A DNA stretch of 64,000 bases from an uncultured virus (IMG/VR IMGVR_UViG_3300030707_000003). Taxonomy: Duplodnaviria > Heunggongvirae > Uroviricota > Caudoviricetes. Position 1 is the first letter of the stretch, and each line of letters opens with the position of its first letter. Location: IMG/VR virus record IMGVR_UViG_3300030707_000003; one strand, written 5' to 3'. Positions 47,144 through 59,301 of this stretch are shown here, in pieces. The notes below the pieces were generated by a model. The model had not been told where the DNA came from and did no database searches. It worked only from the letters and a program-made list of their open reading frames with translations. The translations under genes and the position numbers were made by a program.

Positions 47144-48098
47144 GGGACCTCACCGCCTCGCCGATGCCATGCCTGGCGGATGACCGAGCCCGATCCTGAC
47201 GCCGTGACCCTGCCGCGAGCCGATCTGGACATCCTGCTCGCGGTCGGGACTCTTATGCGGACATTCTAGCGGGGGCCGCTGACGATAACCGCGCCGGGCG
47301 GGATGCGGGGCGGGATGCCCTTAGGCCGCCCGTACTTTGCTTTCGCCCCGGCGATGGCCGCGAACTCGGCGTCGCACCCCGCGAGCAGCGCCCGGGCCTG
47401 CCTGCGCCGCTGCCGGCTGAGCAACGGCCGCCACCACTGCCGGCGTGCCTCGCAGATCAGCGCCACGGCCTGGTCCTCCAGGACGCGGACATGCAGCATG
47501 CGCTCTTTCCTGGTGGTCACCGTGCCTCCTGCCGCTTCCACCCGTCGCAGAAGGAGCAGGTGCCGACGTGCAAGATGCAGTGCAGGTGGCGGATCAGCCA
47601 GAGCCTGACGGAGTAGCGGAAGGAACGCAAGCGCACCCCCCGGACGGAAACTATCTGCCCGCGTGACAGTCAGTTACCCGCTATCCCTCACCCCCGCTGG
47701 CGTCCCGGCCCACTCGAACCGCATGCCCTCGGGCAGCAGATCCGCGTACCGCCTGTTCACCTCGGCTGCGGCAGCCGCCATGCGGCCGGGCAGTTCCTCC
47801 CGGTACCGCTGCATCTTCGTCTGCCACGGGTCGGGCGTGGTGATCAGCCGCACGAAGACGGGGTCGGCGGGCAGGCCGAAGGCTTCCAGGATCTGGCGGG
47901 TGACGTCGGGCGCGTAGTCGCTCATCCGCCCAGCATGACGGCGGTGACCGCCCGGCGGCAACTGGGCCGCTCTCGCGGGCCTGCCTTCGCGATAGTGGAC
48001 AGGCTGCGGCTGCCGGGCAGTCGGTGGGGCCGGTGCCCGGACTTCGAAGACCGGATACCATGCCGCTGTCACCGACCCCGTGGGTACCCGCGGCGTCG

Positions 48099-48172
48099 TA
48101 GCGGGGACGCGACTTGAACGCGCAATCTGCTGGTTATGAGCCAGCCGAGGTACCGAGTTCCTCCACCCCGCG
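48099..48172 (-). tRNA. tRNA-Met(CAT), initiator-like
   Basis: CGCGGGG acceptor with C1:U72 mismatch; GAGG/CCTC D stem; GCTGG-CTCATAA-CCAGC; TTCAAGT T loop; no encoded CCA. Confidence 0.9.
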
Positions 48173-49419
48173 TCGGGCACAACTCACGTACGGGCAAGCC
48201 TATCGGTCAGCATCGGGAGGTGGCAACAGGGACGCGCTGGTCACTCACCGAGGGCATCCAGGAGTCCCGCGAATCTCGGCGGCGGCGTCTCGCCCCTGAT
48301 GTCCCAGCCGAGCATCCTGGAGAACTCGGCGCGGCAATTTCGAGCTCACGAGGGCAGATGATGCCCGCTGCGCGGATCTCCGCGCGGGCCGCATCGGCGT
48401 CGGCGTGGATGACGTCAGCTATTTCGCTCATCGCGGCGCACCGCAGTTCCGGCACGGGCAGTCCTCGCCGTCGCCGCACTCGAAAGTCACGCTGCCGTGC
48501 GCGCCGTAGCGGACCTCATCCCTGGGATGGTGGCGGCTGCAATGGGAGATGTAGATGCCGCCCGGTGGCGGCAGGTAGCCGCAGCCGTAAGGATTCCGGG
48601 CTAGCTTCGGCACCTCAGTCATCGCGACCGCCTTCAGTGCCGCGCCGATCGGGTCGTCAGATGCCACTGAGCAGCCCTCCCAGGTTCAGTGGCGGCAGCG
48701 GAGGGTGGGCGATCCAGCAGAACGGGTAGTGCGAGTCCGGGTCGAAGACGCCCTCGAACTGGGTGGTCAGGCAGCCGGGGCAGCGGTAGGACGTCAGCGG
48801 CCACGGAACCGGATCGGGCTCGTACAGCCAGCCGGTGTCCGGGAAGGTGTCAGGCACCCTGGCCAGCCACGTCTCGGTGCCGGTCAGGTACGGATGGCCC
48901 CGGATCTCCGCCACGCGCTCGCCGTGCAGTTCCAGCGTCAGCGCGGTGTCCAGCTCGCGGCCCTTCGCGCAGAACGCGACGGGCAGATCGCCCGGCGGGG
49001 ACTCGCGGTCGGCTTCCCACTGCGCCATCCGCAGCGACGGGATGTCCCCGGATCCGATCAGGCCGAGGCGGTGCCTGACCTGCGCTATCCATACGGCCCG
49101 CTTCTCGCGTTCCCTCATGTCGTTGCAGAAGTAGCCGAGGGAGCGGTGCCACTCGCAGCAGCGGCGGACTCTCACGCCGGGCGCTCCAGGACGGCACCGC
49201 ATCCCCGGCAGATGGTGCCGCCGGCACGGTAAGCGATGTTCCAGTAACCGGGCGGCAGTTCCGGCGGCTGGCAGGCGGGGCACAGCGCGCCCTGCCCGGG
49301 ACTGACGATCCAGTCACCCAGGACGTGATAGGCCGCGTGATCCTTATCCGTGACAACGGTGAGTTCGGGATAGCGGCAGATACCGCAGTTCGCGCTGTCG
49401 GACGGGTGCGCTATGCGGA

Positions 49420-50208
49420 TCACGACGGGTGCCATTCCGGCGGGTGCACCTGATCCGTTTCGTACTGGCGGCCGGACGTGGTCGTTCCGCCTTTCGCCCG
49501 CGAGCCGCAACCGCACGTCCCGTCCTCCTGCGGAGTGGCGCAAGAACCGCCGACATGATACTTCCAGCGGCGCGGGGACGGGCGGTCGCCGGCCGGCCCA
49601 TCAACGGGGACCGGCAGAATGGGGCTGAAGGGAGCGAACGCGCCGAACGGGCGGCAGCCGTGGCCGTACTTGCAGTTCACGTCCTGGCAGGCGTGGTCAT
49701 CGCCGGCCGGCCAGTAGATCATCTGCGTGCCGTGGACCGGGCAGGCGCATCTCTTATCGCACTCGTGCGGTCTGCGCTGTGCCACCGCGTGCCTCAGCCG
49801 CTCCATCTCCTCATCCGGCGCGAACGCGCGCCCGCGATGGCCGGCCAGCTCGTGCAGCCGCCGTGTCAGGCCGGTCAGCGACGCGCACCCGGCGTCACCC
49901 CGGCAGCGCCATACGGACGGCCCGCGCCCCGATACCGCGCCGTCGAGATACCAGCCCTCGTAGTTCCCGTCCGATGTCATCCCGCAGGGCTGGCGGGGCA
50001 GTCCGCCGCCGGCGGTGACCAGGCCGTAGCGCTGGCGGACGGTCTCGATCCACTCATGGCGGTCACGCTCGTAACGACCCCCGTCATCCTCATAGGTGAT
50101 GATCACAGGCAACGTGGGCGTATCCGGCCACGGCTTCAGGCCAGGCCAGGCCACACCGACCGGATAGTCCGGCAGCCACTCTCCCGGCAGTGACAGGTCG
50201 CCGGTCAC
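49420..50208 (-). CDS. mosaic hypothetical protein carrying a copy of the portal N-terminal motif
   Basis: GAFAPFSPILPVPVD...RPSPRRW. Confidence 0.6.
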   Translation of the reverse strand: MTGDLSLPGEWLPDYPVGVAWPGLKPWPDTPTLPVIITYEDDGGRYERDRHEWIETVRQRYGLVTAGGGLPRQPCGMTSDGNYEGWYLDGAVSGRGPSVWRCRGDAGCASLTGLTRRLHELAGHRGRAFAPDEEMERLRHAVAQRRPHECDKRCACPVHGTQMIYWPAGDDHACQDVNCKYGHGCRPFGAFAPFSPILPVPVDGPAGDRPSPRRWKYHVGGSCATPQEDGTCGCGSRAKGGTTTSGRQYETDQVHPPEWHPS

Positions 50209-53200
50209 TGGCTCACCTCGTACGGCGGGAGGTCCGGGTCGGCGTTGGCCTCGCCGCCGACGCAGCCGCTCACAGCGTGACCGTCCACGACGGGGAGATG
50301 CGGCCCCACTTCGCCAGTTCCCTGCGCGCCTTCCACCCGGCCCACCTCCTGCCGGGGCACATCCAGCCCTCGCGCAGCGTGATCGCCCCGGCGCGGATGT
50401 TCACGTCGTAGAAGAACCACCAGAGCCTCGTGACGACCGCCTCGGGGAGTTCGGGCACGCAGGTGTGCACGTAAGGCGGTCCCGGCTGAGGATCGGGGCT
50501 CAGCATGTTGCGCAGGAAGTGGCCCGCCGCGTCACCGCTCATTCCGCAAGCACCTCGTACTTCGGCAGGTCCGGGTCGATGTTGCGGTCCACGATGGCCA
50601 CGTTGCGGATCTCGCCGGCGGTGATGCGGCCCAGCGGGTGATCGTCATCCTTCTCCAGCACGGTACTGCCGACGCCGATGGCGAAGTAGGGTGCCGCCCG
50701 GTCGCGGATGAGCCGCGCCGTCGCCGGGTCCGGGTCTCCTATGTCCGCGCTGGCCAGGATGTCGCCGTTCGCCGCGCGCGTCAGCGTGGCGATCCCGATG
50801 CACCGCTGGTAGTCGAACTGCACCAGCAGCGGCACGGATTCCGGCACCACCACGTCCGGGCCCAGCGGCTGCTCAGGGGAGGCTGCCCGCTCGCAGATGC
50901 CGTGGAGGCGGGTCACCGGCCTGCCTCGCACGGGACGGTATCGAAGGTGATGGCCCGCGCGTTCGGCTCGTGGTTCCAGTACTTGGGGCCGATCGGCGGC
51001 CCGAACTGGAACCATGCGGAGCACAACTCGTCATGGCCGGGACTCTTGTCGCACGGCTCTGACAGCAGGCAGCCGCAGACCTCGACCGTGACGGGCCTGC
51101 CGCAGGTGCTCACCGGCTCAGCCCCTGCCGGATCCTGCGCCTGCGCCGCATCTCCCGCACCCGGAACAGCGCCGTCAGCAGCCGCGACCTGGCGCGTTCC
51201 CAGCTGCTCAGGTCCTCGCCGTAGAAACGTGTCTGCCATCCGTACCACGGCTTCCTCGCCACGCACAGCGCGCCGTCATCCTGCGGGTGGCTGTCGCCGC
51301 AGTCGCAGCACCCGCAGTCGTGCGGACGCAGGCGCTTGCCGTGGCCGCGCTCGAGGTCGCATCCGTGGCTGCCCCAGTAAACCCGGCAGGGGTTCCCGCG
51401 CGCCGGCCCGGCAGTGGCGGCCCAGGTGATCATCTCCGTGTCCCCGGTCTGCGTCCAGCCCCCGGGCAGCACAGGCCATTCCGGCTGGCCGGCGCCTTCC
51501 CGGAGCGCGGTCAGGTCGGCCAGGGGCATGCTGCCGGGGAACGGGCCGGTCACGGCAGCCTGCGCCTGGCATCCGGCGGCACCGGATAAGGCCCCGCCAC
51601 CTGTCGCGGCCAGGGCGCCCGCTTCCACGCCGCCATGCAGGATTCCGAGCAGTCCGCCGTGCCGTTCAGGTGGGCGCGCAGCGCGGCGAGCACGGGAACG
51701 GCTTCCACCGGAGGCTGCCCGGTGCGCATCAGGGTAGAAAGAGCGGTCACGGGGGCTATCCTGCCTCATCGGCGGCCGGTTCCGGGGGGATGTGCTCGCG
51801 GTGGATGCGGTGGCAGCCCGGGCATTCCCACGGCTGCGGGATTCCCTGCCACGATATATATCCGCAGCAGGAAACCGACACCTGCCGGACCGGCGGGGCG
51901 GCGATGACGGGACCTGCCTGCGGCAGCGGGAACATCACGATGCCTCCGGCGCGGGCGCGTCCCTGACCATCGCCGCGAGCATGCAGCCGAGGATGTTCTC
52001 CGCCGAGGCGGCCGGGATCCCGGCCGCGAGCATGTCCTCAAGCATGTCCTTGGCGGCGATCGCCGCCAAGGCGCCGCCTCCCGCGAACGGGTCGGCCGGC
52101 AGCGGCAGGTCAGGCTGCCCGGCGGGATCCCCGGGCGGCGCCGCGGAGTCAGCGGGGGCGACAGGGAAGAACTCGTTGCTGCCGCAGGAAGCGCAGACGG
52201 TGAGCGGACCATGCGGGCCGCCGACCCATCTGAGCATCCGGCTGCCGCACATAGCGCATTCGTGCCCTGTGCTGGCGAACGGCACCGGGCACGCTGAGCC
52301 GGCGGGCTCAGGTCGCTGGCAGCTCCGGCACCACCGCATGCCCGCAGCCGCCTGACTCGCCTTCGCGAGCCGGCTGAGCGGCACCGAGGATGCCTGCGCG
52401 GCCTTCAGCGACGCCATGAGAGCGTCCGGGTCGGTCCCGGGCGGGGTGAGCGCGGCGAACGCGTCCCGCACCGATGGCGGGACGGGCGCGGACGGATCAG
52501 GCGCGGATTCGGTCACGTTTCCTCCCCTGAGCGCGTCCAGCACCTCAGCGTAGGACGGGGTGCCGTCGTCGTCAGCCACCGGCCAGCGCCCGGAGCCTGG
52601 TCAGCTTCCCGTCCTCGATGACGGGCTCGTAACCGGGACCGGCGTCCACGGTGCCGTCCGCGCGGATGAACAGGTCCATGGTGATCTGCGCAGACCACGC
52701 CGGGCAGGCCGGGCCCGAGCAGATCCCGGTCAGGATGCGGTACCCCACGCCCGTGCTCCCCGGCGGGGCGGACGCCAGGGCCTCAGCGATGTCGATGCCA
52801 TCGCCGGGGATGTTGCCCCGCCCGGCGTCGAGCCCGGCCAGGATGATGTCCTCAGCCACCGGCCAGTCCCTTCAGCGCTTTCGCCGACGCGTTCGCCTGG
52901 ATGAATGACAGCACGATCATGAACGCCTCCGGGCGCCCGAACCCGGCCCGCTCGTACGCCAGCATCGCCTCGTGGTGCCCGATCGCGGCCTGGACCAGGC
53001 CGCCCACCGGGTCGTCGGGCATCGCCTGCTGCTGCGCCGCCGTCGCGAGCCGGGCGCAGGCCTCGATCGCCGCGCCGAAGCCTGGGATGTGGCCCAGCGA
53101 CGAGCCGAACGCGGCGGCGGCGATGGTCAGCACCGACGTGACGGCCCGGATGTCATCGGTCAGGACAGTGGAAGTGTCAGGCATGCTCACCTGCCCCCTG

Positions 53201-54108
53201 CGACGATGAGGCCGCCCTTGCAGGTTCTCTCGTGCTTGCGCCGCTCGGCCGCGAACTCGGCGAACTGGCGCTCGGTGTTCGCCGTCCGCATCCAGCCGCA
53301 CGGATGGTCGCCGCCCATGCTGCACAGAAGAAGCGAGGGCAGGCGGATGGGACGGCCGACCACCTCGCCGGGCAGGACGGCGGACGGGTCGGAGGTGATC
53401 CGGACGGTCACGGCAGCACCGTGTAGACGTGCCCGGCGTGGCCGCCCGCGCAGGCGCTGGCGACAGGATTCGCGACCGTGAGCGGCCGGTCGGCGCAGGC
53501 CGTCGTGTTCACGATGTACGTCTGCCCGGCGCCTGCCGCGCCGGGGGCGACGCCGCTGCCGCGCACCTGGAGCCACGCCCGCGTATGGACAGGGCATCCC
53601 GTCAGGCCGGCAGTCGCCGTGCCCATGCAAGTGCACGTCGGCCCAGGGCAAACGTGGCCGCGCAGTGCCGCCACCTCGGCCCTCAGTGCCGCTACCTCAG
53701 CGCGCAGGGCCTCGAGCCCGGCGGTCTCGGTGTCAGTCATGGGTCAGCCTCGCTTCCAGTGCTACCGGAACGGGTTCCGCATCGGAATGTACGCCGGGCG
53801 CAGGTACCTCGGGGCGGTGGCAAGCCGGTCGCCCCCGGTGACGGACCAGCGGCGCGCCTCCACCTGGTGCCCGCATTCGCCGCAGCAGTCCGGGCAGTCT
53901 TCCATCACCGTCGCGGCGGTCCAGGCGCTGCCGCAGTCCCCGCACTCCCACGGCACGCCGTCCGGGAGGTCCCCGATGTCCGGGCGCTCGGTGCAGCGGT
54001 GCCGGGTGGTCACCTCGTCGCACGCCGTACACCCGGTCTCCATGCCGTCGTACAGGAGCCGGTCCATCCTGGCCCGGCCGCACTCGGGGCAGAAGTTCGC
54101 GGCGAGGC

Positions 54109-54372
54109 TCACGACGGGCGCCGAACTTCAGTGAAGTCCGCGTCGCCGGGACTCCCGGTCAGGACCTCGCGCCGGGCCGGGTCGGACAGGGCCTCAGCGG
54201 TGACGCGCCAGTCGCGCAGGCATGCCTCAATCCCCGAGACATCCAGCGCGCCCCTCGCGAAGCCGACCGCGAACTCGAGCTCATGGAAGAACTGCTCCCG
54301 GTCATCGGCGTCAAGGTGGCGCAGCCAGCTCGTGGTCACGGCAATCACGCCTCCTGACGGATACGGGCGCAA
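54109..54372 (-). CDS. orphan antitoxin-like protein (C-terminal domain; start probably 54348 or 54339)
   Basis: WLRHL...REQFFHEL...DWRVTAEALSDP...D..EV.RP resembles actinobacterial Phd-like antitoxin C-termini. Confidence 0.55.
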   Translation of the reverse strand: MRPYPSGGVIAVTTSWLRHLDADDREQFFHELEFAVGFARGALDVSGIEACLRDWRVTAEALSDPARREVLTGSPGDADFTEVRRPS

Positions 54373-57300
54373 GGCTACTGGCTAGCTAGCTGCTGATCGA
54401 CCGGAACAGGGCACCCGGGACCCCCATCGGGTCGACCGGGGTCCGCAGCTTCGGCGGGAGCCGGTAGCAGTACTGGCACCGGGAGTTCGGCCACCGCAGC
54501 GGGTGCACGCACGGGACCTTCCTGTCGTAGTTCTCCTGCGCCCGCTCGATCTCCTGCTCCAGCCACCGCAGGCCGTGCTCGAAGATGTAGGCGTCGGTGC
54601 AGCCCGTCGCCGCCTTCGCCGCCTCCCGGCGGGCGTTCAGGACGCCCGGGAAGTAGATCGAGGACAGCTTGCCGTCGAACTTGCCCGGCACGCGGCGGGG
54701 ACGGCGGATCGCCTCCCGCTCGGCGTCGGTGAGGTGCAGGCCGCAAGCGTGCGGGTCAGTGATCTTCGCATTGCCGGGCCACGGGGTCTGCCAGCGGGAG
54801 CACGGGGCACCGGCCTTCGTGAACCGGGTGCAGTAGCTGACGGGGAAGCGGTCCTGGCTGGTCTCAGCGGTCATAAGGTTGAGCATACCATGACAGCACC
54901 ATGAGCGCGAGGTTACAGCGGGTCAGGCTCCCCGCAGCCGCACATGCCGCCTTCGCGCGGCGGCTGGCAGCCTTCTGACCTGGGCTTTTCCGGGCCGCAG
55001 CGGCCGCACTGGCGGACCCCTGGCGCCCAGCCCCGGCCGCATCCGGGACAGGTCCAGCCGATGTTTGACCCCGGCCGCGTGCCGCGTCCGGCCGGGTACT
55101 CGTACTCGCCCCGGAGCCAGGTCTCCGCGAAGCCGGGCCAGGTGACCGGCGCGGGCATGCCGTAGCCGTACGGGAACTCAGTGGCCGGCATCGCCGTCCT
55201 CCTCAAGCAGTTCCTCGACATCCTCGGCGAACTCGACGCGGCCCTTCTTCCAGCCCCTGCCGGGCCAGAATGTGCCCGCCTTCACCCGGCCCTCGCCGTC
55301 AAGCTCGAAACTTGCCAGGCGCGGGCAGCCGGGCGGGCTGAGCTCCGACAGCGCGTGATAGCCCAGGCATAGCCGGCAGACGCGGTCCTTCTTCCTGACC
55401 TTCTGCCCCTCAGCGCGGTCCTGCGGTGTCAGCGGCAGGCGGCGCGGCTGCGGGCGGGTGGCCGATATGACGTCCCGGGCGATCTGCTCGAACGGCGGGG
55501 CGGACCGGCCGCCGGGCATGGTCATGCGCCCTCGGTCTCGGTGTTCCCGCAGGCGCAGCGCCAGACCTGCAGCGAGGAGCAGCCGGGTCTCAGCTTGCCG
55601 TAGGAGCGCAGGTCCTCCGGGGACGGGATGTCAGACATGACCGGCCTCGGCCCTCTGCCGGACGCGCCGCTCGCGGCGCTTGATCTCCTCGTACGCCAGC
55701 CTGTCCCGGCGTTCCAGTTCCTCGCGGACCACGCGGCGCAGCCTGTCCTCGAGATTGGCCTGCGCCTGATAGGAACGACTGAGATCGTCTTTGGCGCGGT
55801 CTAGCAGCATGTGCAGCCACTCGTGATGGTCCGGCGACTGGCACCAGCGGCGGCCCGTTGGCGCGGACTCATCGAAGACGCCCTGATCCGGTGCCGCTGC
55901 CTCAGTCATGGCTCGCCGGCCAGTAGTGCGCCACCACGGCACCCAGCGTCACGCCGAGGTGAGCCGGGAACCGCACCGGGCGGGTGGCGGACACCTGCAC
56001 CAGGACCCGCTCGCCGTCCGGCATGTCGCAGATCTCGCCGAGGCAGGGGAACCACGGGCCGGTCTCGCGCCTGCGCTGCTCCGACAGCCGGGCCGCCTCC
56101 GCCTCGAGATCCGGCACCTCCGTGATGCCGGGCTGGTGCTGCGGGATCTTCATGGCACCTCCGCCGGGGTGATCAGGAAGTCGAACCAGGGGTCGGTGAC
56201 CGGCAGGGACCAGGCTTCCAGGTCGCGGTCCGGCTCGAAGTCCGCGGCGAGGCGGGCGAACTCGCCCGTGCCGGGGATGTCCTCCAGGCCCGTGCCAGCC
56301 AGGGCGGAACTCCAGCCGACCGTGACCGTCCTGGCCGGGCGCGGGCTGCGGTACGCGGGCGGTGCGGCAGGCAGCGTCGCGGCGTAGTCCGCGAGCATGG
56401 CCTCCGTGCCCGGGCCGAAGCCGGGCAGCTGCCGGATCGCGGTGATCAGGTCGCCCATGCGGTCGCGCGGCTTGCGGTCGATGCCGATCAGGTCGCCGTC
56501 GGCGTAGCAGTCGCCGGGCTCCAGCGGCCCGGCGAAGGTGATCGTCCTGGTCACGCCGCCTCCCCCGCGAGCATGCGGCGGAAGCCGCGCGCTCGCTGGC
56601 CGGGACGGGTCACGGGCCGGGTACCTTCTCGTCAGGCACATGAGCATAGGCTCCCGGCGCGACGGCATCGGGCGGGGGGGCCGGGGCGAAGGATCCGGAT
56701 GTGCCGTCACCGGACGGCTTCTCCTGCTCAGGATCGGCGCGCACCGCGAACGTGTAGCAGTACGCAGGGAAATAGGCCGTGTAGCCCGCAGCGTCGCGGA
56801 AGGTGAGGGAGCCGCCGGGGCCGATGCGCATCGATGAGTCCCTGACCGTCCCGGTGCCTTCCGGGTGCCGGACCCTCCAGTCGGCGCGATGTTCGGCTTT
56901 GGTGCTCCCGGTGCTGCTCTTGCTGCTGGTCTTGCTGCTGGTCTTGCTCATGGCTTTACGCGCCTCCTGGTCAGATGGTGGTCATTCCCCGGTCGTCTCC
57001 CGGTCACGCGGTCCCGTCGAGGACCGCCCTGTACCTGTCGTAGTCCTCGCGCCCCATGCGCGCGAACAGATCATCGGCGTCCGGCGGCGGCGGGATAAGA
57101 GGCGCGAGCACCTGGGACAGCACGCCCTCCAGTGCGGTGATGCGGGCCGTGATGGCATCCCCGTAGGCAGTGACCGCAGCCCGCATCGCGGAGACTGTCA
57201 CCACGTCGGTGCCGGAAAGCAGGGCCTCGATCCGGCCGGCGGCCCTGGCGACCGGGTCCGGCTCGGTCCCGCTGCCGTCGCAGTGCGTGCAGGGCCTGGG

Positions 57301-57642
57301 CATAAGCGGCCTCCTGGGCGTTGCCCGGTAACTTTACCGGCCCCGGTCTTGGGCGTGACCGTACGCGCCTCCATCATCACCTCATCCCGCTTCCTGCGGC
57401 GCCGTGCCGGGGCCGAAGCCGCCGGGCCGGAAGCAGTTCAGGTGACCCTCATCCGGCACCATCTCCTGCGGCCAGGACATTGAGGCCCAGGCCCTGGCGT
57501 AGGCGGCCCGCACCGGGGGCGACTGCGCGGCCCGCTGCGCGCCCTCGGTCCAGAGACCCTCGCCATGCATCGCCAGATGGTACTCGTCGTAGTCCCGGTC
57601 ACCCGGGTGGCTCATCACGGGCCGGCTATCCATCCGCGCTCC

Positions 57643-59301
57643 TCACCTGATCCTGACCGCCAGCGCCCGGGCGAACGCGGGCGGCAGGCCGCCGCCTGAT
57701 CCGCCGCCGCTGCGGGCGCAGCGCGGGCAGTCCTCGCCGTGCCCGCCGGCGTACACATGGCCCGCCGCGCACTTCCGGGCATCGGCGGGCAGGTACGCGC
57801 TGGCCCAGGACCCGGGCTGCGGCGCGGCGGCCACCGATGCCGTGCGCAGCGGCCCGCGGACGGCCTCGGGGGCCTCGGGGGCCTCGGGGTTCGGGGCGGC
57901 GCACCAGATGCAGGCCTGGCGGGCCGCGAGGTACACCTTCCCGCACGCCTGGCAGGACCGGGTCTTCCCGCAGTAGTCCTTCCACGACGACGACGGGCGG
58001 GACAGCAGCCACTCCGCCGCGTACATGATCGCGGTCACCCGGTCGAAGTGGCCCAGGCTGGAGCCGTCCTGGCGCAGCGTCACCACGCCCGGCGTGGACC
58101 CCTCCGCGAGCCGCAGCGACAGGAACTCCCGGCGCAGCATGTCATCGTCGGGGATCTCGATCGCCCGGTCCCGGATCAGCCGCATCAGGATCTGGGCGCG
58201 CCTGCTGGACGCGCCGGCCCCCAGTCTCACCTCCCGGATGTTCCAGCCCCCGGCCGCCATCTCCTGGATCCGGTCAGCGGCCTGCCACGGGTCCCCGACG
58301 ATCGGCGCGCCGCCGTACTCCCGTGACAGGGCTCCCGCCGTGCCGAGTACCGCGCCCAGATCCACCTGGCCGCCCCTCGGCGGCACCCACCCGTACAGCC
58401 GGTCGACGATGACGGCCCTGCGCCGGTCGCGGTCCCCGGCGTGCGCGACCGCGACCGCGGAATGGTCCTTCTTCAGGCCCAGGTCAAACGTGACGACGTA
58501 CTCGGCGCCGTGCTCCGGCGCCAGCATCCCGTCCCGGGTGCACGCGGCGAGCGCGGCGTCGTCGGCGAGGGCGTCATCGGCGGCGGCCCACCGGCACTCG
58601 AACAGGCGCAGCCACTGGAACTCCGGCAGCCGCCGCCGCTCGCTGGCGAGTTCGGCCGGGTCCTGCCACGGGGCCGGGCCGGTGACGATCGACGTCCGCC
58701 ACAGCGGGTCCTCCAGCGCGTTCTGCCAGAGCCGGTACGACCAGTGCGTGACCGCGCTCGGCGTCGACCCGATCAGCAGCACCGAGCCGGGGCGCTTGAC
58801 CATCGAGGTGATCAGCGCGTCGATGAACGTCCAGTCCCGCTCGCTGATCCCGTGGTTGCACACCTCGTCGATGAACAGCCAGAACGGGGTCTTGCCCCAC
58901 GCGCCCTCCAGCTCGGAGGAGATGACCTCCAGGACCGCGCCGGTGCGCCGGGCGATCACCCGGCGCTGCTGCACCTCGACGAGGCCGCGCAGGCTGGGGG
59001 TCGCGTCGGTGATCGCCTGGATCTTGCGGACCAGCAGCGCCGCCTGGTCCTTGCCCGCCGCCGCCACGTACATCTCGTCACCAGGGCGCGCCCTGGTGAT
59101 CATGACCGCGAGGGTCGCGGCGGCGGCGTCCCAGGTCTTGCTGCGCCCGCGCGCGCGCAGCCAGAAGTGCTTGCGCGGCCCGTCCCCGGGCTCGAGCAGT
59201 GCCTCCATGTCGGCCCACTGGTCCCCGGTGGCGCACTCGCCCCAGGTGCGCCCGTTGTCGAGCACCATCCCGGCGACCATTTCCAGGGCGCCGTCACCCA
59301 T
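57643..59301 (-). CDS. terL: terminase large subunit with C-terminal zinc-ribbon extension
   Basis: RARGRSKT Walker A, LFIDE Walker B, FDLG and HFD nuclease motifs. Confidence 0.9.
   Translation of the reverse strand: MGDGALEMVAGMVLDNGRTWGECATGDQWADMEALLEPGDGPRKHFWLRARGRSKTWDAAAATLAVMITRARPGDEMYVAAAGKDQAALLVRKIQAITDATPSLRGLVEVQQRRVIARRTGAVLEVISSELEGAWGKTPFWLFIDEVCNHGISERDWTFIDALITSMVKRPGSVLLIGSTPSAVTHWSYRLWQNALEDPLWRTSIVTGPAPWQDPAELASERRRLPEFQWLRLFECRWAAADDALADDAALAACTRDGMLAPEHGAEYVVTFDLGLKKDHSAVAVAHAGDRDRRRAVIVDRLYGWVPPRGGQVDLGAVLGTAGALSREYGGAPIVGDPWQAADRIQEMAAGGWNIREVRLGAGASSRRAQILMRLIRDRAIEIPDDDMLRREFLSLRLAEGSTPGVVTLRQDGSSLGHFDRVTAIMYAAEWLLSRPSSSWKDYCGKTRSCQACGKVYLAARQACIWCAAPNPEAPEAPEAVRGPLRTASVAAAPQPGSWASAYLPADARKCAAGHVYAGGHGEDCPRCARSGGGSGGGLPPAFARALAVRIR

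Larger units (their letters stand above)
47266..57633 (-). other. array of about 30 small, tightly packed hypothetical ORFs (many CxxC) between terminase and portal
   Basis: Overlapping start/stop junctions, e.g. 50205/50208, 50539/50542, 52572/52579, 52852/52859. Confidence 0.65.

Noticed and set aside
46840..47232. Possible intron or separate ORF upstream of the portal
   Set aside because: The portal frame is continuous through the region and no P7 elements were seen
56921..56950. Short tandem repeat CTGCTGGTCTTG
   Set aside because: Encodes a low-complexity SKTS N-terminus only
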